From Elusimicrobiota bacterium (GTDB lineage Bacteria; Elusimicrobiota; Elusimicrobia; UBA1565; UBA9628), in NCBI GenBank assembly GCA_027451985.1, contig DAIDHS010000001.1, positions 97,932 to 161,931 of the forward strand: 64,000 bases of DNA. Reading direction: 5' to 3'. Shown here piece by piece: positions 34,801 to 41,694 of this stretch. The translations under genes and the position numbers were made by a program. Under the pieces are notes generated by a model. That model was not told the origin of the DNA, made no database searches, and worked only from the letters and a program-made list of their open reading frames with translations. Every line of letters starts with the position of its first letter. The stretch's first letter is position 1.

Positions 34801-37800
34801 CGCCTGCCCGCCGGCCCGCAGCGCGACGAGGCCCTGGTTCAAGCCGATCGGGCCCAGGCGCGACTCAATGAGGCGATCATCCGCTTCAACGTCATGACCG
34901 GCCGGCCTCCTGGCGCCCAATTTCCCTTGCAGGACCTCAGCGGCGCGACGCTTGAGGACTTGATGGCGCAACTAAAGCAGACCATCACCATGCCGGCTGG
35001 GCTGGCCAGGGTCCTGCACCAGGTCGATCCGCAGAAACTGCAGGCTCGCGTGGGCTCCAATCCCTTCAACATCCTGGATAAAATTCCGTGGGTCGAACGG
35101 ATGACTTTGGGTGTCGGCACCCAGCTTCAAGACAGCATGTCGAGCCAGCTTTTGGGCGCCGGCGGATCGGTCACGCTTCCCATCTACGACCCGACCTCTA
35201 AGGCGAAGAACCATGCCTATCGGCTTGAGAACAAGGCGGCCTTGGCGGAAATTTCCCAGGTCTATGAGGATCACGCGCGAGCTGTGGAAAAGGAGCTTTT
35301 TGAAAGCGGCTTGGCTGGCGACCAAAGCAAAACTCTGGGACCGGAACTGACGCAGGCTTCCAATAATTTAAATGAAGTGTCTGCGGCGTACCGCAACGGG
35401 CTGGCCGGGCCGGCGGAGCTTCAAAAGGCGTACCAGACCTGGATGTGGTATTACGACGCCTACAACGAAGCTCTGGCGACGAAGACTTTGGCCGACGCCT
35501 CCGCGTCTTTAGCGGGGAATTTCTTGTCGCCCGGCCAAGGCTGGAAGGGCGCGGCGGGTCTCATGGGGCCGGATTCTCCGCCGCTGGATTTGACCTCCCT
35601 GCCCCAGGCCGCGTCTTTGGCGGCCGCCCATTCCGGGTCTCTGGAGGAAATGGCGGCACGGGAGCAGGCGGCCCAGGCCATGACTCAGGCTGCAAGCCAC
35701 CGGATTCAGAAGGCCTCGCTCGACTTGTCTGTGGGAGGCAATCTCGTGGCCAGCGGAACGGGGTGGATCCCCAGCATCGGCATGACGGGTTTCCCGGTCA
35801 TGCCGATTTTCAACTTCAAGTTCGAACCTTCGGACTTGCGGGACTTGGACCAAGCCCAACACAAGGCCGAATCCAAATATTATGCCGCGATCAAGGGCAA
35901 GTTGCAGGCGGACTTGGCCTTTGAAATTTATCAAAACGTTCTTACTTACGAGACGTCGATTTCGGAATTGACGCAGTTAAACGACGTCGTCATCCCTCAG
36001 TTCGCAAAGGAGGCGCAGACCGCTTCCGCCGGTCCTGCCGAGGCCGCGGCCCGGCATCGGCTGGACCAAGCGAAGCTTGAGCGCGACGGCGTTTTGTACG
36101 CCGGAGCCCAGGCGCTGGCTTCGGTTAACATGCTTTTGGGTCGGAGCCCTTCCTCCCCTCTGCGTATCGACATTTCCCCGAAGACGGCGACCTTCGATCT
36201 CCAGAAACAATATAAAGCAGAGTCACCCGCGCAGATTCAAGATAAGGTCCTCGGGGCTCAGGTTCGGATCGCACGGACGGCCGAGACCATCACGGACCGG
36301 GGAGAGAAAATCCAGGAGTTGAGCACCGAGCCTGTGTCTCTCGTTGTGCGAGCCGCCGGGCGCTTGCTCCGGACGCTTAGCGGCAACGGCTTGGGTGACC
36401 CCGATTTAAAGCAACAGGCGTTGCTCGAAGACCTCAAAGCCCAGCGGGCGCTGGAGTCTTTCCGGAAAAACGTGCCGGTTGAGCGGGCTCAATTGGAGCA
36501 GCGGCTCGCGGTCGTGACAGACGCCATCTCGAGAACTTCTCCAGAAGGCTCATCCGCCGTCCAATTTATCGATCTCCAGTCTCAAAAAATGCTTCTGCAG
36601 GCCCAGTTGGCGAGTTTGCAAGGCATCGGCACGGAGGCTCCGATAGGCCAAGCCGCTCCTGGATCCGGCGCGCCGTCCGCGATGCCCGATAATTTCGCGG
36701 ACTTGCGCAACCGCCTCGAAACGGCGGAGCAGGGCGTGACGGCGCCGCCAGACGTTCAAGGTGCCGGCTTGGCCAATCCTCAAGTATCCAAGGCGCAACC
36801 CGAGTCCTTTACCCGCTTTTACTATTTGCGCCAGACTTTAGGCAAAACCCAGGTCCACCAGGGCTACTTGGAAAGCTGGCTCGAGGCCAGGCTGCGTTTC
36901 AGCGGCACGTCGCCCAGAGAGCTTCTCCGCCTTGAAAAGCTCCGGGAAGACGAGGAGGATCAGGACTATATGGCCGCGCAGTCCGCGGCCGCAGCCAAAG
37001 GCGACATCCTGGCGGCCGACTTCGCGGCCAAAGTGCAGACTTTCCGCTACATGAAAAAACACATCGGCGCCAAAGACCAGCGCCAAACGGACGAGGCGCT
37101 CACAAGCATACGCCACGCGCTCAAATCCGACGCGGTGCAGATCGCCGCGCTTCTGGGCCTGCCATTGGATGCGGCGGGTAAAGCGGGCGCGACGGACGAA
37201 ACGATGAAGGCATTGATGGCGCTGGTGCCCGAACAAACGGAAAATGCCCAGGCTGTCGGCCAAGATCTTATCAATCGATTGAACGATCAGAGCTTTGCGC
37301 ACATCGAGCAGATGCTGTTCAACGGCCAGGCCCCGATTCCCGGGACTAATTCCGCCGCGGCTTTGAGCGACATACGGACCGACATTCTGCTTAAGCACAT
37401 GGCCTCCTCAAACATCACTCCGGTCGCGGCTTTCGGCGTCTTTCGCGGCCAGCCGGTTGAGGGACTTTTCCTCAAGACCCCTGATCCGACGACCATCGAG
37501 GCGGGGCTTGAGAGCGTGCTTTCCAAGGACATGCTGGCCAAACTCAAGGCTAGCGGAGAACTGCAGGACCTCACCCTCCATTTGAGCCAGCTCATGCAGG
37601 CCGTGCATGACGACGCGCAGACGTTGGAGAGCCAGCGGCGGCTCATTCAGTCCGCCCAGGCGCAGTACGAGAATCTGCTCGCCCTGGGAACCCCGCAGGC
37701 CTCCGCGGAACTGCAGGCCGCCCAGCACGAACTTATCCAGGCTTGGCTCGACTTCAACAACCAGGCGGCGAAATCTAAGTCCGATGTCGTCGAGCTCTCC

Positions 37801-40800
37801 GGTGAAATCCAAGCGTTGGGTTATTCTCCAAGCCAAGAGGGGACTCTCCCTTCCTCCGACATAAGTCTCGAAGCGCAGCCCGCGCGCGAACTTTCTCGGG
37901 GCATGATGGCGTACTGGGCCGAGCGAACGGCGGCTTCAGATTTCGCGGCTCAAGAGCAGAATATCTTGGACGGATTTGGCCCATTGCTTTCTCAGGATTT
38001 CAAGGAGCGATTGGCCTCGGACATTCAATCTTGGAGCCAAGCCCGCGCCGAGGCTCGGCGTCTGCGCGCGGGCGATCTCCCAGCCGTTAAGAAAGACGCG
38101 CTTTTGGTTCAAAACGATGCGACGGGCAAGCAGGAGGCCGTGGAACAGGACTTGGCCGCCTTGGTCGACGCTTTGTCCTCGGCCGGGAACTCTTCCGCGG
38201 CGGCGTCCGGCGACCTGAAGCAGTTGCTGGTCTTCTTGCAGAATGATATGGATGTCCAAGCCAACGCCACGAAGGATCAGCGCCTAAAATACAACAAGAG
38301 CGTCGAGGAACTGCGCAAGACGTATTGGGACTCGCTGCGCCCCGGCTTGCCGCCCAAGGTCGCCGGAGCGTTCACGCGGCTCGAAGACCTGCAGCATAGT
38401 CTGCGCGGAGATTGGCAGAGCCTGCTCGATAGCTATATGGAGAACGGCTCCGGCACGGAGCCGTTCATCATGAAGGACGTTCAGCTGGATGCCTATCTTA
38501 AGGACCAGCACGCCTTCAACCAGGAGATCGTGGCTCTGCTGAAGTCCGACGAAGTGCGGAAGGATCCGGCCGCTCTGGAAGGCCTTGAGTCGCTCTACGA
38601 CGTGCGCACGGCCCTGGACCAGGAGATTGCGGTCGCCCGCTACGGCCGCGGCATGGCGGCCTTGGACGCGCTCATTGAGCTCGATCAGGTGCGTCTTGAC
38701 GCGGCGCGCGGGGAGAACAAGGGGCCGGATGCGATTGCGGCGGCGGTTCAAAGCCTGCAAACCCTCGAAGACATGAAGCAACGCTGGCTCAAAGGGCAGG
38801 ACTCGCTCCAGCCCGTCTACGCCGTGGTCCCCATTCAGAGCGACGGCCAGGACATGAACGTGGTGACGGAATGGCTGACCCAGAAGGAGATCGACGCCCG
38901 CCAAGCGGACGGGCAAGATGAGCCGCTTAAGCATGGCGGGACCATCACCGAGGAGGGCGGCAAGTACTATCTTAACTCCGCGGGGGGAGGGCGATTCCTT
39001 ATTCGCTCAGGAGTGGACCAACTCCAGAGTGGCGTGGACGCCGCGCAAGCAGCGCTGGATCAGAACCAGAGCGTCATCGATTTGGGCTTTAAAGCCGATT
39101 TCGTGTCCGATAAGTTTATCGATGGCAGGCCTGTGAGCCAGTACTCGGTGCAACAAGTCTTCGGCTTGGTGCCGCCTCCCAAGGCTGACGTCGGGTCCCC
39201 GCCGCCTGAACAGCCCCTGTTCCTGTTCTATCAAGTTTCTGGCGCGCCGAGCCTGGGAACGGGGGAAAACGCCGACGCCTTCAGTCGCCTCTTGCCCGAG
39301 GCCATCGCTTTGACGGAAAGCCCGAAGGATTACGCGGTTTACGTCTACACTGGGCCGGAGAAGCTTTCTTATGACAATTTCCCGACGCTCCAGAGCCTTA
39401 AGGATTCCCCGGAATACAAGGACGTGCAGAAGCTGACCCTGACGCCGACGGGTGCCTCCGACGCCTCGATGCTGGCCCGCGGCAGGGGCCTGATCTCGCT
39501 GCGCAAAGGGTGGATCGCGCTCAAGCTCAATAGCTATGGCTTTGCGCTGGACGGCCAGAATCTCGTGAAGGTGTACCAGAGCCGCGATGAGTTCGACGCC
39601 TCGCAAGAGCGGCTGGAGAACGCCAAAGACAATCTTGCCGAGGCCCAGGCGGCTCTTAAACGAGACAGGGCGATCAAAGATGCGGAAAAAAATAAATTCG
39701 ATTCCATTGAGGCCGAGTACAATACTCAACTCGCGAAGTATCAAAAGGCGCTGAACTCCCGGAAACAGCAGTTGGAGAAAATGGCCTTAGGCGATTTGTC
39801 CCAAAAGCCCGGCGAACCCGACGCTTTTTATAAAGTCCGCGTGGAAAGCAAGGTTGACTTCCTCATCAAGGGCGACGCGAAATACCGGGCCATCATGAAA
39901 AATCTTGCTCCCTACGCAAAGAAATTCGATGCTGAGAAGCTCAAGAACGACGCGGCCCAGGCCCAGGCTGATGACGACCAGAAAGCCGTGGACAAGGCCA
40001 GTGCTGTTTTGGCCGACGCGCAGAAATGGAGCTTATACAGGACGGACAATCTCTCGCTGGAATTGGCCGGAGATGGGACGCTCGTGGCCGTCAAGGCGTC
40101 CCCGGCTTACGGTGGAAATTTGCTGAATGAAACTTTGGCCGACGAAGGTCAGAGCGTCCCCGCGAACCCCGTTCTTGTTAATGGGGCCCTTTACGCCGTC
40201 GTTCTAGATGGCGCAGGCCGCGTGGTCAAGACATTCCAAACTTCGGATGCGGTGGAGAAGGCGGCCAAGACTTGGACGATGGAAAGCGTGAGTATGAACC
40301 CGAATGGCGCCGCAGTGGAAAGCGGCGGACGAATCATGACTAACTATCGTCTGGATTATTATGAGGACCCAGCCACCAAGCTGCCAGTTGAGCTCAGCGA
40401 GCGCTACGTGCGCGATCGGGTCGAGCACGACAAACGCAGCCTCTTCTACCGCGAACATTGGGGCTTGATGCCGCAGAATTGGTTCAGCTTGGTCATGAAC
40501 GTGCCGGATCAGATCGTCGGGACTCCCATCGAACTAGCCGGACGGGATCCGAACCAGCAGCATTATCTGGGGCGCGTCAATATGAACCACAGCGAGGGCG
40601 GGGAGACGCAGCATCACGGATTTTTCCGCAACGCCCTGGGTTTCGTGGACGTGCTCGACCTGTTGCCGGACCCGGTGAAGATTTACAACGACCCCAGCCA
40701 GTTCCCCGCGCAATCCCGAATTAGTTCCCCAGTCATGCCGGGCCAGGACATCTACTCGAAGTCCCTGCGCAATCCTAAAGACGGAGAGAACGTCCATTTC

Positions 40801-41658
40801 GGCGCCAAGGCCGTGGCCCAGGGCTTGCAGTACTCTCTTGAGGATTTAACCGACGCCCAGCAACAGACGCTGAGCTATTTCCGGGGCGGCTACGAAGATT
40901 TGATCATCAGCCGCATGCGAGGGCGTGATGGGACGTATGAGGAATCCCAAAGGACGGCCCGCAGCGGCGGCGGTGCCATTGCGAGCAAGCTCGAGGATCA
41001 GGGCACCCGAGACGAGGCTTACGATCCGCTTGCGGCGGCGGACGCCCGTTCTGCCATGCATGGAGTTACGGAGACGGCCAGCCCTGATAATGTCTTGACC
41101 GAACGAGTGGAACGGCGCGTGAAAATTCAGCTTGGGGCCAAGCAGTATAATCAGGCGGCTGATGGGTTTAAGGCCTATTCCAAGGATATAAATGGTGCGA
41201 TTAGCAAAGAGAAAAAAGAGCGAGAGGGGCTTGCAGGATCTTTAAGCGCTGAGCAGGCGGCTTTAGAAAATGCTTTAGCCGCCAGGAATGACGCGCAATC
41301 GAGCCTGGATAAGACATGGTCCAAGTACCACGCGCTGGAATTGCGCATGGGGGCGGAAAAAGCTTTGGAGCAGGGAATTGTCTTGTGGCAGAAGCGCGCT
41401 AATGATTTGGCGGCGCAGTTCAAGACGGCGCAGGCTCAAGCCGACACCATGAGGAACCAGCTTCAGCAAGCCGCTGGCCTCGCCGCCGCGAGCCGCACCT
41501 CGTCCCGGCAGGCCGCCGCGACTTCGTTCCCGTCTCCGGCGCAGCCAAAGACGCCGATTTGGCCGTGGATCTTTTTCTTGGGCGGACTCGTCAGCCTTTT
41601 GGCGGCGGCGTGGGAAGCACTGCGCCATAGAATATTACGCGCCAAGCGTATTGACTAA
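25825..41658 (+). CDS. giant 5277-aa protein: N-terminal polytopic membrane domain, ~4000-aa Gln-rich helical region with a central beta-rich island, and a C-terminal TM anchor; alternative start at 25951 places the signal peptide at the N-terminus
   Basis: One uninterrupted frame of 15.8 kb. From M43 (nt 25951) the sequence is MKKVLYKLTAVVVTGALLLLTPGISCYQVLAQD. More than 15 hydrophobic helices lie in aa ~270-1150. The following ~4 kb of protein is Q/A/L/N-rich helical low complexity (QEQQQWQQQVTQQVNSDNQAQ ...). A beta-strand-like block sits at nt ~33200-34300 (GNSVTLGNVARIFGNNISVEGYQFE...TLDLYYDRIHG...TFDSSFSLRQIW). The C-terminus PIWPWIFFLGGLVSLLAAAWEALRHRILRAKRID is a tail anchor. Confidence 0.7.
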   Translation: MRGEFRMGLKAWGTLGLFNPPRGAIRLSSGQPLTSILFTYARMKKVLYKLTAVVVTGALLLLTPGISCYQVLAQDVSAESEQSQTPVNMNLGGQLETVPLEQMAVNPAAGGLYQLPDIHVPPSETLPVGASAVKSAAQSVSASAQAASIRAQSVPAVEGAQTAAAALPETPAAAALSNGAASVTQGRVGTRQRYSRAAALSAAQDGRQAVRLGSLGWLRSTAGKVRSWIKPGASAANLKFESNKSFDAAYGKSAAVPSAGKSESLRPGRKGRIARTLGLAGAIAVPAAAAAIPLPAKAAAVVHAAAHSGLIHSVGLTFHAILTAIGPAGIHAIYLSMNVLAAGLALPEVLRTFRRGSAHQVPMGELTMAVVGSAIFGLIIGPMKGYWGWAAQNNYGGLSMLAVLPIGWILGRGGVKIFGKRFWGPIPEPQKTENPSAEKPGLLRRIWNGFKDPAVLRTIAAAALIGVAAVGFTQLAAAVGPAIFPPLLNFVASLFPTTASGMGLLTAAVLSVPGYIALKWLRGLLKSPVSWKKKALLGLPLLAAFPAMAFWLWPMASAGALPMTADKLVSLLSGLGGGLFVFLFAPEVIRALIVGEDSSKHFNWRTSLIFSVASLGFLIYWGNQYFVNPASMGVAMSNMIQNAIGGLFSTISFLLAWKHRNHKVASAAEENGNAARVAAAGEAEKISNPGQAPPDRSPPGESPGAPKTEGENLSPHVYENIFGFRGIKGRSYASADSKLQPLTSRSTSSQIVDRISFQFNISRDKVLLIASRQGISEAAPAARWLAVYERLQKSNYERFKELDHAKNAGHGLFGEAIRKAWARLRGKAAPDTAGFRRLANKTYAPGAKGVLQRAAGVHRLVIGFWIGFVYECFDSFILGYFRQAISFHFRHRNEDFLGIAAGRQDEQAGALSENALAAAIAGVQGRGLTAMERFNATAVGHAVSGAVIRPFVHPLLTFLRRRLVMALLSAVAMGFLGAAAPAMPFLSISVLTVPFLGPLILHASHFFLFSVASIPGVGHFLLPVVTKAVNALLKDLVLGPMLNTYVLSFLMALTRRPVRQWLPALKSGSFWWESLKTYFGMMTIGAEIAGCLSYFAGIDSAIDSHGFYQLIGKHIHSHFHLFHALGSAVESPKGQSLIPFGGAITWGNALLYHFQNAIHFNISNWIAVHLNPAALAQGGAHRAFEMGISNPLQRDFQFNAKDYLASPKQAKARLKQMDSNASFSELRKELAAAKAREQALSSAEGQAQDQILKLKKQRRPITPQEKAEYQALLKQLQRQRENVYAQNKLAEMRDLKGRNPKSDLLLKLTALKKQYAGRLNPKPTDKTDYWHDLGVKESQYASMAARLSQIVQPAGGNPPDPNGAARSSAASGAALAAVSADASKDLDAIKSSIQKINTKREALKGELLRKQALEKLMDAEARLRQIALDQRRDGKAMQGFHQSLSQLDSVMGLALSQNELNAALKAINQMQTLIGNKDATINQSISQDQANLQQIQNLLNQEQQQWQQQVTQQVNSDNQAQSDMKSTQGEVVSVISSVQTFSQSEKNLIANINTTDGGASGNALTEYARRLALIQNGTIAQWENSGGNPNVTFTMSQLNGYLQQISAGIQEAQNGLQTLEKAPQNFAETAILEVPGPAVNVPPNPSKADILNILSQRQTYWQNELNSYESLQTTIREMGDPNNHAMTQNVFGDSEPQSLPVWKSQEQGVLTQDQTQIGKDTQQMDQMAAAVNAAFGSHLPMLSGQSLTQLQSEVQNYANDLTALKMPSGTDPKTVEAKMNLINLAYLVSDLGNQVINASVAQQTITTIDGAMSTTLPQAAQGIDAIVQMVKNILADEQMDVAYVNGDQETQQQVFTRKENLLQNEILPSLQQAQSMLQNDLIPFQQQTIASYQQSNSTTGYYYLYTTKQSFLTQIESLYNTTMPWSIETFGGVSGDKAGSLQDVAAWKTQLQGYLTGYKDSSGVEQQGLEQALQEANDRMTTNFKGNSQDPATETVYGEVQPYSLPDKITKYTAEMQTRVSQLNQNDVKINQMLEEIKTLSNGQYDLTQYLLPTGVGTDAASVAKIQALINANTLPSLGSALQQVANEALAASGSTNINIGGGNGSVLSGTQPSPTISNDQKIALLASQIGPLLAPASQSVTNPSAGDTTDAVARYMYSNSVIQAAQNGEQFINSTVYPFVHQGIQTINDAVNDANNRIAYINSGGTSMTPQQIYDQELKIFNELGGFLDQAQNFFGQKSSFDSQSFSTISSILNYYQSLETIDQSGITAAQGQLQADQTISQALQAEQTKLQGQLSEINGWLSQLNDPHDSALRRTSDAISAIMDQTRQVLEQNIKFKDLQSQLRDSDQIIQSQTRELEVKQKNLQSLIDDYEKKAEGQPLPPAVAQQVKDLKFGQGMWEQGGPDGSYVVVPKSKYPSFVRALLKTIAPQDSNDAIEQIAQNLISNPQSLMSLIPGSQVMNFGNSADGFYMVYQTNLSIPNGVSTGNSVTLGNVARIFGNNISVEGYQFESPPESPSGGASNAPWGDKGVGVQVESLQGKNWVNYLNIDLHRFGLSVPNNDTMAAQVQQDRILVFDDYAMMALNGKLYIGLAGFGDGAIHDPSGNPYYYGGNFKTAIQMTPVISLTAQQQELFANDPRSFLENVNLDFTGNDPSLNQNFAIAAQGDSKSFSRTKLGTSIDVAQWLAGNKQKSSDAFTLDLYYDRIHGTDDISQNALGASVIKGFTLYRDNGKPWLNITNNASGEAGQKYDMASDDLTINLPNGIVLSGNGQIMGSERAYYGQIAKKMTDTSQIQLGYGSPVIGMNNRLNLTFDSSFSLRQIWETVSRQAADDLQGGQALKPFKRSLADFLSANSGDTAAAELKKVFDHYAAQELVDSDAIGDLSKQIGDLQKAGAFMDNTKVQSVLGFTSGAVSNDPTELAVGGGPVVGTETTMTISRTQKALIADKTATLIRDGLQLQDTMVGAAQKFQGAVKDVIEAEGSLRIAQAAEARLPAGPQRDEALVQADRAQARLNEAIIRFNVMTGRPPGAQFPLQDLSGATLEDLMAQLKQTITMPAGLARVLHQVDPQKLQARVGSNPFNILDKIPWVERMTLGVGTQLQDSMSSQLLGAGGSVTLPIYDPTSKAKNHAYRLENKAALAEISQVYEDHARAVEKELFESGLAGDQSKTLGPELTQASNNLNEVSAAYRNGLAGPAELQKAYQTWMWYYDAYNEALATKTLADASASLAGNFLSPGQGWKGAAGLMGPDSPPLDLTSLPQAASLAAAHSGSLEEMAAREQAAQAMTQAASHRIQKASLDLSVGGNLVASGTGWIPSIGMTGFPVMPIFNFKFEPSDLRDLDQAQHKAESKYYAAIKGKLQADLAFEIYQNVLTYETSISELTQLNDVVIPQFAKEAQTASAGPAEAAARHRLDQAKLERDGVLYAGAQALASVNMLLGRSPSSPLRIDISPKTATFDLQKQYKAESPAQIQDKVLGAQVRIARTAETITDRGEKIQELSTEPVSLVVRAAGRLLRTLSGNGLGDPDLKQQALLEDLKAQRALESFRKNVPVERAQLEQRLAVVTDAISRTSPEGSSAVQFIDLQSQKMLLQAQLASLQGIGTEAPIGQAAPGSGAPSAMPDNFADLRNRLETAEQGVTAPPDVQGAGLANPQVSKAQPESFTRFYYLRQTLGKTQVHQGYLESWLEARLRFSGTSPRELLRLEKLREDEEDQDYMAAQSAAAAKGDILAADFAAKVQTFRYMKKHIGAKDQRQTDEALTSIRHALKSDAVQIAALLGLPLDAAGKAGATDETMKALMALVPEQTENAQAVGQDLINRLNDQSFAHIEQMLFNGQAPIPGTNSAAALSDIRTDILLKHMASSNITPVAAFGVFRGQPVEGLFLKTPDPTTIEAGLESVLSKDMLAKLKASGELQDLTLHLSQLMQAVHDDAQTLESQRRLIQSAQAQYENLLALGTPQASAELQAAQHELIQAWLDFNNQAAKSKSDVVELSGEIQALGYSPSQEGTLPSSDISLEAQPARELSRGMMAYWAERTAASDFAAQEQNILDGFGPLLSQDFKERLASDIQSWSQARAEARRLRAGDLPAVKKDALLVQNDATGKQEAVEQDLAALVDALSSAGNSSAAASGDLKQLLVFLQNDMDVQANATKDQRLKYNKSVEELRKTYWDSLRPGLPPKVAGAFTRLEDLQHSLRGDWQSLLDSYMENGSGTEPFIMKDVQLDAYLKDQHAFNQEIVALLKSDEVRKDPAALEGLESLYDVRTALDQEIAVARYGRGMAALDALIELDQVRLDAARGENKGPDAIAAAVQSLQTLEDMKQRWLKGQDSLQPVYAVVPIQSDGQDMNVVTEWLTQKEIDARQADGQDEPLKHGGTITEEGGKYYLNSAGGGRFLIRSGVDQLQSGVDAAQAALDQNQSVIDLGFKADFVSDKFIDGRPVSQYSVQQVFGLVPPPKADVGSPPPEQPLFLFYQVSGAPSLGTGENADAFSRLLPEAIALTESPKDYAVYVYTGPEKLSYDNFPTLQSLKDSPEYKDVQKLTLTPTGASDASMLARGRGLISLRKGWIALKLNSYGFALDGQNLVKVYQSRDEFDASQERLENAKDNLAEAQAALKRDRAIKDAEKNKFDSIEAEYNTQLAKYQKALNSRKQQLEKMALGDLSQKPGEPDAFYKVRVESKVDFLIKGDAKYRAIMKNLAPYAKKFDAEKLKNDAAQAQADDDQKAVDKASAVLADAQKWSLYRTDNLSLELAGDGTLVAVKASPAYGGNLLNETLADEGQSVPANPVLVNGALYAVVLDGAGRVVKTFQTSDAVEKAAKTWTMESVSMNPNGAAVESGGRIMTNYRLDYYEDPATKLPVELSERYVRDRVEHDKRSLFYREHWGLMPQNWFSLVMNVPDQIVGTPIELAGRDPNQQHYLGRVNMNHSEGGETQHHGFFRNALGFVDVLDLLPDPVKIYNDPSQFPAQSRISSPVMPGQDIYSKSLRNPKDGENVHFGAKAVAQGLQYSLEDLTDAQQQTLSYFRGGYEDLIISRMRGRDGTYEESQRTARSGGGAIASKLEDQGTRDEAYDPLAAADARSAMHGVTETASPDNVLTERVERRVKIQLGAKQYNQAADGFKAYSKDINGAISKEKKEREGLAGSLSAEQAALENALAARNDAQSSLDKTWSKYHALELRMGAEKALEQGIVLWQKRANDLAAQFKTAQAQADTMRNQLQQAAGLAAASRTSSRQAAATSFPSPAQPKTPIWPWIFFLGGLVSLLAAAWEALRHRILRAKRID

Positions 41659-41694
41659 AGCCGCAACTTCCACTATCCTTAAGTGGATTAAGCC

